DNA of 64,000 nucleotides from a candidate division WWE3 bacterium (GTDB taxonomy: Bacteria; Patescibacteriota; WWE3; 2-01-FULL-39-13), in the NCBI GenBank assembly GCA_943354835.1, contig CALRDH010000003.1:12939-76938 (forward strand). The letters run 5' to 3'. Every line of letters starts with the position of its first letter. Positions within the stretch are counted from its first letter, which is position 1. The notes below the pieces were generated by a model. The model saw only the letters and a program-made list of their open reading frames with translations, was not told the origin of the DNA and ran no database searches. Shown here in pieces: positions 49,303 through 57,190 of this stretch. Made by a program: the position numbers and the translations under genes.

Positions 49303-50202
49303 TTACATTGATCTCAAACGACGTATACGTTCAGAAACAGGAGGATGTGTTTCAAATAAGTTTGCAAATTTGCTCGAGTTTTGACCTTTTCTTAAAGGAT
49401 TTGAAATATACATATGAGCAGTTGCTTCATTTGCGACCTCTAAGGCTTCGGTATCGGCAGAAATCTTTTCTAAAGCGAGTGCAAGACCTTCAGGGTCACG
49501 AGTTAGAAGGGCAGCTGATGCATCTGCTAAATATTCTCTGTTTCTAGAAACAGCAAGTTTAATAAGTTGTGCAATTATAGGACTTAAAATAAGAAGAACA
49601 ATTCCAATAATCATAACTATTCCACCTATGTTTTTATTTCTATCATTGCCACGAAATCCTCCTCTTAGAAAAATATTTGCCATCATTGAAATTGAACCAA
49701 CAAGAACAACAACAATTGTCATGAGTCTAATATCATAATTTTTAATATGAGAAAGTTCGTGAGCTATAACGGCTTCAATTTCACGCTTATTTAGTTTTTC
49801 GACCAAGCCTTTCGTAATAGCTACAACTGCATGATCAGGATCGCGCCCTGTAGCAAATGCATTTGTTGCTGTGTCATTAATAAGATATAAATCTGGAATT
49901 TTTTTAAGTCCTGAACCTATGCAGAGATTATCTAGAATGCCATAGACTTGGGGTAATGTTTCACGCGAGACTTTTTTTGCGCCGGCTATCCCGAGAACTA
50001 ATTTGTCAGAAAAATAGTAACTAGAAACCGACGACAACGAAGAAAACATGACCGCAATTAACATGACGGGATAGCCGGCGCCCTCTCCCACAAAAACTTC
50101 ACCAAAGAAAAATCCAAGTATAGTAACAACAATTACAAACACAAACATTATAATTACAGTTTCTCTTTTATTCGATGAAATCTGATCGTAAATCGTCGTC
50201 AT
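49303..50202 (-). CDS. htpX: Zinc metalloprotease HtpX (M48)
   Basis: N-terminal TM helices, 'HELSHIKNYD' HExxH motif, C-terminal 'HPPVSERI'. Confidence 0.9.
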   Translation of the reverse strand: MTTIYDQISSNKRETVIIMFVFVIVVTILGFFFGEVFVGEGAGYPVMLIAVMFSSLSSVSSYYFSDKLVLGIAGAKKVSRETLPQVYGILDNLCIGSGLKKIPDLYLINDTATNAFATGRDPDHAVVAITKGLVEKLNKREIEAVIAHELSHIKNYDIRLMTIVVVLVGSISMMANIFLRGGFRGNDRNKNIGGIVMIIGIVLLILSPIIAQLIKLAVSRNREYLADASAALLTRDPEGLALALEKISADTEALEVANEATAHMYISNPLRKGQNSSKFANLFETHPPVSERIRRLRSM

Positions 50203-50205
50203 ATT

Positions 50206-50769
50206 TTAGAATGAGACTTTTATATCCGCTTTTTCGCTTTCTTCTGCTTCAAAGAATATTTCTTCGTTAAAGCCAAGAGGTCCAGCAATTAAAACGTTTG
50301 GAAATACTTTGATCTTTGTATTATATGACATTACATTTCCATTATAAAATCTTCTTGAATAAGCAATTTTTTCCTCAATCTCTGTAACTTTTTCCATTAA
50401 GTTATTAAGTTCTGTGTGAGATTTGAGTTCAGGATATGCTTCGACTTGAACACGAAGACCACTTAATGCATTTGATATTTGTGATTCAACTTGACCTCTT
50501 GCTTTTGGATCTAATCCTTTTGATGCATCTTCCATAGCCCTTGTTCGAAGTTCAGTAACTTTGGTCAATATGTCTTCATCAACTTTTGTGGCTTTTCTTA
50601 CTGTTTCAATTAAGTCTGGCAAAAGATCGTATCTTTTTTTGAGTTGCACATCTATATCTGACCATGCTTCCTTTACTCTCATTTTTAAAGTAACAAGTCC
50701 ATTATATGTAACCCAAACAAAAGCTATAACTAAAACTGGTAACGTAGCTAAAAATATTGTTTCGTACAT
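50206..50769 (-). CDS. lemA: LemA family protein
   Basis: N-terminal TM then 'NGLVTLKMRVKEAWSDIDVQLKKRYDLLPDLIETV ... RRFYNGNVMSYNTKIKVFPNVLIA'. Confidence 0.85.
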   Translation of the reverse strand: MYETIFLATLPVLVIAFVWVTYNGLVTLKMRVKEAWSDIDVQLKKRYDLLPDLIETVRKATKVDEDILTKVTELRTRAMEDASKGLDPKARGQVESQISNALSGLRVQVEAYPELKSHTELNNLMEKVTEIEEKIAYSRRFYNGNVMSYNTKIKVFPNVLIAGPLGFNEEIFFEAEESEKADIKVSF

Positions 50770-50772
50770 TTT

Positions 50773-50958
50773 TTATTTCCTTTTTGATAACAAAATTACT
50801 CCGAACACTACAAATAAAAGTGGCCAAAGTTTCCACATGGTTTCCCATACGCCATATTCTATGATTCCAAAATTATTTAGGATCATTATAACCCCTAGGA
50901 TTATTAATATAACCGCGGCCCAAAAACCTGAGTTTAGTTTGTTTTCTTTTGTTTCCAT
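50773..50958 (-). CDS. Small two-TM membrane protein
   Basis: 61-aa hydrophobic ORF. Its start region overlaps the 3' end of the ThyA-like gene by 25 nt. Confidence 0.35.
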   Translation of the reverse strand: METKENKLNSGFWAAVILIILGVIMILNNFGIIEYGVWETMWKLWPLLFVVFGVILLSKRK

Positions 50959-52502
50959 GACTTGATTGTATCAAATTCTAACGGATTATCTTGTGTAAAT
51001 TTAAGACCTAATTTTATTGCCGTTTCGGCTCTTTCTAATTGCCTGCCAATATATAGTGCATTTCCTAAAGTTGATATGGCAAGTCCATTATCGATTTCAA
51101 ATGAAAGTAGTCGTGATGCATACTTTTTGTTTCCATCAATCCGCCATTCTTTTATTTCTTCGTTTCCCCTCGGTGTCATCCATCTAACAACGATTTCGTC
51201 ACCTTCGACCATTACGCTTAAATTTCCTCTAGGATCCCATTCGCAGTATCCTTTGTCATTTTTTTCGTATAGTTCTTTTGCATCCTGATAATTATGCTCA
51301 TAAATATGTGCCATGTTAGAAATTGTTATTAACGAGCCCATTTCGACACCAAGTTCACTTGCAATTTTTGATTGGAGTTTTCTTAGTGCAAAAGCGTTTA
51401 ATGGCCATGCGTTGTACATATCGTTGCTTCTGAAATATGCCGTTTGTGTTAATTTCCCTTCGTATATTTGGCATTGAATCAAAAATAAACATGGAGTTTT
51501 TGTAGGCGGCCTTTTTGGAAAAACATCTGTAAATGGATTTGCTAAAAGCGCGATTGCTCCTTTATCGTATTTGAAACCTTTTAATTTTCTAACGATTGAA
51601 ATAGCAACTTGATCAAATCCTCCGTTTGTAAAAAATTCATCGAATCTTTCAAGTTTTAACCATGGATAAATTTCTTTAAGGGCATCGATTTCCAAGTGTG
51701 CAAAGTTAAATAACCTTTCACCATATGTGTAATCCTCTGTATGCGGATCTGGATCAAAAAATCCTTTAAAATATTTTTCTAAATCTTCTTTTGAGAATGG
51801 CAGATATTCTGGAACATGCCAATTTTCTGGGTCTTCGTCTGTAACAACTGCAGTCAGATTTAGCATTTCTTTCATTGTTTTTGATGTATCAGAAACGTAA
51901 TTTATAACGGCTTCAGATTCTAAACCAAACATGCTTATGTGTTTTAGTATTGAAATATAGGCTTCAGCAATTGTAGGACGCCTTATTTTTGTGGAATCAA
52001 TTTCGCTTGGATAATTTTGTACATCGGCCTTTGGCGGATCGGGGAAAATCTCGGGCTCACGCCATTTTATAGGGGCTACCCTTTTTATCAGTATGTCATT
52101 AAGTTTCTCAACGCCTATCATGTCTATAACTTCTACGTTTTTGCGAAATGCCTCAAGTGCTTCACGTGGTATTTCCTTTTCGATTTTCGCAATGTCATCG
52201 CCGATTACTTTGTAATCGGCATCGACGCCATTTTTCATAAAACGCAAAAACGCTTCACCGCTTCCCATTAAATCACTTCCAACAAGATATAATTTTGTAA
52301 TAACTGGATTTGCAAGAATATTTCGTAATATGTAATTTATGCCTTTTTTTGTATAAAGCTGGCCGGCGATATAAAAATCATCGGGGTCAACCATTTTCTC
52401 TAAAGTTTCCTTTGGAGTCCACAAAGTCGCAATCGCAACACCTGAATCGGGATTTGATAAAGTCAAACGGTCCTTAAAATAAATCGGCCAAGACATAAAC
52501 AA
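50934..52502 (-). CDS. Thymidylate synthase (ThyA) family protein with long N-terminal (~300 aa) and C-terminal (~100 aa) extensions
   Basis: Catalytic core 'TPCLFLIQCQIYEGKLTQTAYFRSNDMYNAWPLNAFALRKLQSKIASELGVEMGSLITISNMAHIYEHNY' aligns with ThyA '[41 protein letters not shown] ... GDTHLYSNH' (Cys nucleophile, RS-D, N..AS, H-Y-NH). Confidence 0.6.
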   Translation of the reverse strand: MFMSWPIYFKDRLTLSNPDSGVAIATLWTPKETLEKMVDPDDFYIAGQLYTKKGINYILRNILANPVITKLYLVGSDLMGSGEAFLRFMKNGVDADYKVIGDDIAKIEKEIPREALEAFRKNVEVIDMIGVEKLNDILIKRVAPIKWREPEIFPDPPKADVQNYPSEIDSTKIRRPTIAEAYISILKHISMFGLESEAVINYVSDTSKTMKEMLNLTAVVTDEDPENWHVPEYLPFSKEDLEKYFKGFFDPDPHTEDYTYGERLFNFAHLEIDALKEIYPWLKLERFDEFFTNGGFDQVAISIVRKLKGFKYDKGAIALLANPFTDVFPKRPPTKTPCLFLIQCQIYEGKLTQTAYFRSNDMYNAWPLNAFALRKLQSKIASELGVEMGSLITISNMAHIYEHNYQDAKELYEKNDKGYCEWDPRGNLSVMVEGDEIVVRWMTPRGNEEIKEWRIDGNKKYASRLLSFEIDNGLAISTLGNALYIGRQLERAETAIKLGLKFTQDNPLEFDTIKSWKQKKTN

Positions 52503-52536
52503 ACAATACGGGAGATCACTAAAGGAGGCAAGGGCG

Positions 52537-52818
52537 TTAAGTCTTACTCTGAGTTCTTGAATTAAGCTCGGCTTCTATAGCTGATCCGTAACTTCCTGGA
52601 GGTAGTTTCTTTAGATCTTCTAGCTTGAAACTAACTAAAAGGTTATTTACAAATGTTGCGGCCTCTTCAGCAGTCATGCCTATTTCATCTGAAACTGCCT
52701 TGGACATAATAGCAATATTCGCAAGATTTGATCCATGGCCGTATTCTCCACCATCACCAGTTGAAGACATCGTATAACTATCTTCAATTGTTTCCATTTC
52801 GAGAGGTGAAATATTCAT
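52537..52818 (-). CDS. Small acidic hypothetical protein (93 aa), paralog of the upstream 73-aa protein
   Basis: Shares 'SDEIGMTAEEAATFVNNLLVS' with the upstream 'IDEIGCEYEPGEFDAIIDAIVN' (D-E-I-G...E-E...F motif). Local GC is higher than the surroundings. Confidence 0.35.
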   Translation of the reverse strand: MNISPLEMETIEDSYTMSSTGDGGEYGHGSNLANIAIMSKAVSDEIGMTAEEAATFVNNLLVSFKLEDLKKLPPGSYGSAIEAELNSRTQSKT

Positions 52819-52842
52819 GTGGGAGATTATACGTAAATATTT

Positions 52843-53064
52843 TTAGGTAACAAGGGCAAGCCTAGCACGAATTGCTAGTTGATAATCTTCAGGGAACACA
52901 GCTATACACCCTGGATTAGAAGCAAGTATCTTGCGATTTTGGTTTACAATAGCATCTATAATCGCGTCAAACTCACCCGGCTCATATTCACAACCTATTT
53001 CATCAATTTCACGAGCTGATGTAGCCGCCTGATCTAGATTATTTCTTTCATCCCCATGTTGCAT
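52843..53064 (-). CDS. Small acidic hypothetical protein (73 aa)
   Basis: Acidic ORF with two Cys. Begins 16 nt after the PIG-L deacetylase stop and lies 24 nt before the paralogous 93-aa gene. Confidence 0.35.
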   Translation of the reverse strand: MQHGDERNNLDQAATSAREIDEIGCEYEPGEFDAIIDAIVNQNRKILASNPGCIAVFPEDYQLAIRARLALVT

Positions 53065-53079
53065 CCATTTTTAATTCTC

Positions 53080-53823
53080 CTATATCTTCACGTGTTTTAG
53101 TCTTTCAAAATTCCTTCCAGGTTCAAGGTTTGTTTCTTCTAGGAATTCTTCTTTTATGTCTTCGGGAGATAGTGCATTTTCGTGTACCAATAGTGCTTTT
53201 TCTTTTATGTCCATGTATTTTGTGATTTCAAAGTATTTAACATCTGGATACGAATATGAGTCAGAAAATAGTAATTCTCTGACGATGTGAGGTTTTAATC
53301 CGATTTTTGAGAAGTGTTCAGGAAAAAATCCACGATCTCTTGAATATGGATATGTTGCATCGAGTACAATTGATGCAGTGTTTCTATGATCACGATGATT
53401 AACCCAGCGAGTTTCTTCATTGAATGTGTTAATCGGATCAAATGGATTATGTGTAATTATGATATCTGGCCTAAATTGCCTGATATGAAAAACGATTTTT
53501 TCAATATTTGGCATTGTATTTTCAACTTCACCATCTGGAATTCCTAAATTAAAATTTTCGGATTCTGGAATACCTAGTGCAAGACCTGCCAATATTTGCT
53601 CTTTAACACGGAGTTTTGCAAATTCTGCTTCAACAATATCATCTCTGTCTTGAAATCCCTTTCCACCGTTTGTAGTAACAATAAGCCTTACTTGTTTACC
53701 TTCGGCAATAAGTCTTGCGACAATTCCTCCACAAATAATCTCATTATCATCTGGATGAGCAGTGACAATCAAAACCCTACTCTTATCGCCAAAAACCTCG
53801 TTAAAAGAATCTTTAATTGACAT
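53080..53823 (-). CDS. PIG-L/LmbE family N-acetylglucosaminyl deacetylase
   Basis: 'VLIVTAHPDDNEIICGGIVARL' (AHPDDE motif), 'HRDHRN', and a Zn-ligand pattern of the LmbE fold. Confidence 0.8.
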   Translation of the reverse strand: MSIKDSFNEVFGDKSRVLIVTAHPDDNEIICGGIVARLIAEGKQVRLIVTTNGGKGFQDRDDIVEAEFAKLRVKEQILAGLALGIPESENFNLGIPDGEVENTMPNIEKIVFHIRQFRPDIIITHNPFDPINTFNEETRWVNHRDHRNTASIVLDATYPYSRDRGFFPEHFSKIGLKPHIVRELLFSDSYSYPDVKYFEITKYMDIKEKALLVHENALSPEDIKEEFLEETNLEPGRNFERLKHVKI

Positions 53824-53839
53824 GGTGAATTTATAACAC
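53794..53839. repeat. Direct repeat copy 1 (46 bp): promoter-proximal region plus first 12 codons of the PIG-L deacetylase gene
   Basis: aacctcgttaaaaGaatctttaattGacatggtGaatttataacac. Identical at 43 of 46 positions to 54669-54714. Confidence 0.85.
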
Positions 53840-53858
53840 TCTACATAACAAAAAGCTA

Positions 53859-54122
53859 TTAGAATCTAAATATTATTGGTAAAACTTGAATTATTGCAAG
53901 AATAACCCCAACAATAGATAGAATAGTTGTAACCTTAGTTAATTTGCTATTTTGAGTATTTAAATCAAGAATAGTCTTTCTCAATAGTGACATCTCCTTC
54001 AGAAGATCAATATTAATTTTTGCTAAAGTCGCAGTAACAGAAATGTGCTCTTGCTGTCCAGCATTGCCTGTTTGAGGATTTTTCTCTATTTTATTTAAAG
54101 TTTTTACTATCTCTTCGTGCAT
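53859..54122 (-). CDS. Small protein with C-terminal TM anchor
   Basis: 87 aa, helical, with C-terminal 'ILSIVGVILAIIQVLPIIF'. Ends 1 nt before the DHFR-like gene. Confidence 0.35.
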   Translation of the reverse strand: MHEEIVKTLNKIEKNPQTGNAGQQEHISVTATLAKINIDLLKEMSLLRKTILDLNTQNSKLTKVTTILSIVGVILAIIQVLPIIFRF

Positions 54123-54123
54123 A

Positions 54124-54648
54124 TTAGATCTCCACGTTTTTTTTAACTTTATATTTCAAATGGATTAGGTCTTCATCGTATTTATCTATGCTAATAAGCT
54201 CTAGTGCTAAATCAGCATCTACAGGTTTAAACAAATTGATTCCTCTACCCAAAATTAGCGGATGTACGCTTAAGATTACCTCATCAATCACGCCAGCTTT
54301 TAAAAATGATGCATTTATTATTCCACCACCGATTAGTAGCACAGAATTCAGTCCCCTTTTTTCAAGTTCTTCTAGTAGCTCGTTTGGAGCTAGATCAGTA
54401 ATAAATTTGGTTGGAGAGTCAACGTGTAAAGACTTATTCGTAGTAAGCACAACATTTAACTTATTATTGCCATATGGGAAATCATCTCCACTTACCTCCA
54501 TTGTTTTTCTTCCCATTACAATAGCATCTGAATTTTCTACATACCTCTCTAATTGGGCCCAATCGGTATCACACACCCAATCAGTACCATGATTCTGTGT
54601 TGCAATATAACCATTGGCTGTTATAGCCATGTATAAAGTTAACTTCAT
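54124..54648 (-). CDS. Dihydrofolate reductase family protein (RibD C-terminal domain-like)
   Basis: 'MKLTLYMAITANGYIA ... AIVMGRKTME ... LLIGGGIINASFLKAGVIDEVILSVHPLILGRG' is the RibD_C/DHFR-like signature. Confidence 0.7.
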   Translation of the reverse strand: MKLTLYMAITANGYIATQNHGTDWVCDTDWAQLERYVENSDAIVMGRKTMEVSGDDFPYGNNKLNVVLTTNKSLHVDSPTKFITDLAPNELLEELEKRGLNSVLLIGGGIINASFLKAGVIDEVILSVHPLILGRGINLFKPVDADLALELISIDKYDEDLIHLKYKVKKNVEI

Positions 54649-54668
54649 AAAATTATTATGCCATAAAT

Positions 54669-54714
54669 AACCTCGTTAAAAAAATCTTTAATTAACATGG
54701 TAAATTTATAACAC
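54669..54714. repeat. Direct repeat copy 2 (46 bp), forming a 17-codon uORF whose TGA overlaps the DHFR-like start (ATGA)
   Basis: aacctcgttaaaaAaatctttaattAacatggtAaatttataacac. Minus-strand translation MLIKDFFNEVIYGIIIL* terminates at 54645-54647, overlapping ATG 54646-54648 of the DHFR-like gene. Confidence 0.85.
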
Positions 54715-54771
54715 GAACTTACAAAACGAATTATCCTAAAATGAAAAATGTGGTAAAAATGTAAATCCAGT

Positions 54772-55989
54772 TTAATAATTCTTGTCTTGTACTCTCAAAA
54801 TATATTTCTCCAATAATGGAACTGCAAAAGAATAATTTCCGTTACTATCACGATACAATAATCCTGCAGCAATTAACCTTTTGAACATTTGGCTAACCTG
54901 AGATCTACCAAAGCTTTTCACTTTACCTCCCTCAGATAAAGATACAATTTCATGCACTTTAAATTTTGTTTTTCCTGAATTTGCTATTAAAGTTAATAAA
55001 TCCCTTTCCCTCTCTGTTGCTTTTGCCCACCTTCCCGAGAAAAAATCACTATCTAGTTTTTGAATAATTGCATCCATAGGGATAGAGAGTTCTTGCCCCG
55101 CACTTAATTGTTGTAGAAATACATCAAATACTTCACGACAGATATACTGTATAAAAAATGGATAGCCACCTGATTGTTGAGCAATTTCTTCAACTGCATT
55201 TTCGTTAAATCTTAAAGGGTGTTGTGACATTTCTACAGGTTTGAGTATCGCCATTTTACTCTCTTCTTTAGTGAGTTTCTCTAACATAACAACATGGAAC
55301 AATCTTTCAGAGTAAGTCCTTGTTTCCACCAAGTTAGCAAGTAACATAGGTAATCCTGTAAGGACAAGAATGAATGGTATGTTTTTCTTCTGAATATATG
55401 TAAAAACATCCAAAAGTAATGAAAGTGGATATTGCTTATCTTCTGAATGATCACTTAGAGTTTGTGCCTCGTCATACGCAAATACAAAACCCTTTATAGT
55501 CTGTAATGTTTCTAAATGTTGCCAGACCATTTCCAAAGTTGCTTTTAACTTATCGCTTATAAACCCAGGAATTTCAGCAAAATAAGCCACCAAGTAAGAA
55601 TAATTTAAGTAAACATCGCTTGTCTTTTTATCGTCACCAAACCCGATTTCGTTTTTTGCTATTGTACCGATCTTTATGTTTGATGTTATCAAAGCAATAT
55701 CTGTTAAAATCCTCATAGCCATAGTCTCTTCGCTAACGCTTACACTTTCAGCACAATCAGTACCTGCCCACAACCAATTATCTTTTCGCGCAACTGGTTT
55801 TAAGCTTTCCAATAAAACTGTTTTACCAATACCGCGCAATCCTGAAATTATCAAATTTTTTAAGATTGTATTTTGCTTGAGCAATTTTTCGAATTCTTGT
55901 ATTTCTAGGTTGCGTCCGGCTAAATATGGCGGCGTATGCCCAGCACCAGGTTTAAAAGGGTTTTCAAATGTTGAAATATAATTACTCAT
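54772..55989 (-). CDS. Orphan AAA ATPase (archaeal-ATPase/PF01637-like P-loop with C-terminal winged-helix region)
   Basis: Walker A 'ISGLRGIGKTVLLESL', Walker B-like 'FVFAYDEAQTL', and a C-terminal helical/wHTH-like tail. Confidence 0.55.
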   Translation of the reverse strand: MSNYISTFENPFKPGAGHTPPYLAGRNLEIQEFEKLLKQNTILKNLIISGLRGIGKTVLLESLKPVARKDNWLWAGTDCAESVSVSEETMAMRILTDIALITSNIKIGTIAKNEIGFGDDKKTSDVYLNYSYLVAYFAEIPGFISDKLKATLEMVWQHLETLQTIKGFVFAYDEAQTLSDHSEDKQYPLSLLLDVFTYIQKKNIPFILVLTGLPMLLANLVETRTYSERLFHVVMLEKLTKEESKMAILKPVEMSQHPLRFNENAVEEIAQQSGGYPFFIQYICREVFDVFLQQLSAGQELSIPMDAIIQKLDSDFFSGRWAKATERERDLLTLIANSGKTKFKVHEIVSLSEGGKVKSFGRSQVSQMFKRLIAAGLLYRDSNGNYSFAVPLLEKYILRVQDKNY

Positions 55990-55995
55990 ACAAAC

Positions 55996-56019
55996 AACGT
56001 TACAATGCTACGTAACGTT
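55996..56019. promoter_or_regulatory. Perfect 8-bp inverted repeat AACGTTAC-N8-GTAACGTT (candidate operator)
   Basis: aacgttac aatgctac gtaacgtt, directly upstream of the AAA ATPase start (55989). Confidence 0.4.
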
Positions 56020-56067
56020 AATCAACAGGCTAATACAGACCACACTACGTTCGTATTTTATTCGGGG

Positions 56068-56107
56068 CGTTACAAAGTGTTACCCCATGGGCTAACGCTT
56101 TGTAACG
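56068..56107. promoter_or_regulatory. 40-bp imperfect palindrome (18/20 arms) CGTTACAAAGTGTTACCCCA|TGGGCTAACGCTTTGTAACG
   Basis: The reverse complement of the right arm is cgttacaaagCgttaGccca, against the left arm cgttacaaagTgttaCccca. Contains the nested palindrome CCCATGGG and shares the CGTTAC half-site with the upstream inverted repeat. Confidence 0.45.
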
Positions 56108-56157
56108 TTTAAGATAAAATGTTGATATCACTTGCATTTTAACAATATGCCAATCGT

Positions 56158-56679
56158 CTATCCAACTGCACAAATTTCTAAATCTCTTAGTTTTGCCGTT
56201 TCAGTTTTGCAGTCGGTGTAAATAAATGAAGCGAATGCGGTTCCTTGGTTTTCATCAACGATGTATTTGATTAATGCTTTTACAGATGGAAATAAGTTAT
56301 CACAATTAGTTAGCTCTTCTTTTGTTAACCAAACAAACTCACCTTCTAAAGTTTGTTTAATTTCACCGGACTCATAGTCTCCAGAATAGTGAAAAATTAG
56401 CCAGTTTTCATTCGGTTTATGAGGTTCAATTTCTGTAACAACGGCTTCAAGACGAATATTTTTTACAGTCAGACCTGTTTCTTCCATTAATTCACGCTTG
56501 GAAGCCCTTAAAGGCTCTTCGTTTTGATCAACCTTTCCACCTGCAGGATGAAAAAAACCTGGAGCAATCTTTTTTTGCTCGGACCTTTTCAAAACCAAAA
56601 TCTTTCCATCCTTACGGACAAACATATTCGCACACATGACGATATTATGAGTATTTATCGCGGAATTAATCGATTGCAT
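56158..56679 (-). CDS. Nudix hydrolase
   Basis: Nudix box 'AGGKVDQNEEPLRASKRELMEETGL'. Confidence 0.65.
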   Translation of the reverse strand: MQSINSAINTHNIVMCANMFVRKDGKILVLKRSEQKKIAPGFFHPAGGKVDQNEEPLRASKRELMEETGLTVKNIRLEAVVTEIEPHKPNENWLIFHYSGDYESGEIKQTLEGEFVWLTKEELTNCDNLFPSVKALIKYIVDENQGTAFASFIYTDCKTETAKLRDLEICAVG

Positions 56680-56743
56680 AAAGGGATTGTATCGTAAAAC
56701 AGACCTAATTAACTACACAGACAGCATCTGGTAGAATAATTTT

Positions 56744-57190
56744 ATGTATCAAGATGTTTTAAATCAAAAGGCAAGGGATATTATTAAGGAGAATATTTAT
56801 TTATCACTTGGTACTGCCGATGTAAATCCTTGGGTTTCACCGCTTTTCTACTGCGTTGATCCGCAATATAACTTCTATTTTATTTCACAACTTGATAGCT
56901 TACATACTAGAAATATGACGAAAAAACCAAATGTTGCATTTGCTATATTTGATTCTCATCAAAAAGAAGGTGAAGGAAATGGAATTCAAGGAAACGGAAC
57001 AGTAAAGTTATTAGAAGGAAACGATTTAACTGAAGGACTAAAACACTACTCAACTACGTTCATTGAATTAGGAGCTGACCAACTATCGGGAAACGCACCT
57101 TATCGCCTTTTTAAACTCTCAACTGACAAATTTTACGTCCTGGATACAGAAGCAGAAACTGATAAAAGAGTAGAAGTATTTACAAATTAA
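56744..57190 (+). CDS. Pyridoxamine 5'-phosphate oxidase-like FMN-binding split-barrel protein
   Basis: 'ARDIIKENIYLSLGTADVNPWVSPLFYCVD ... FYFISQLDSLHTRNMTKKPNVAFAIFDS' is the PNPOx-like/general stress protein 26 pattern. Confidence 0.55.
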   Translation: MYQDVLNQKARDIIKENIYLSLGTADVNPWVSPLFYCVDPQYNFYFISQLDSLHTRNMTKKPNVAFAIFDSHQKEGEGNGIQGNGTVKLLEGNDLTEGLKHYSTTFIELGADQLSGNAPYRLFKLSTDKFYVLDTEAETDKRVEVFTN

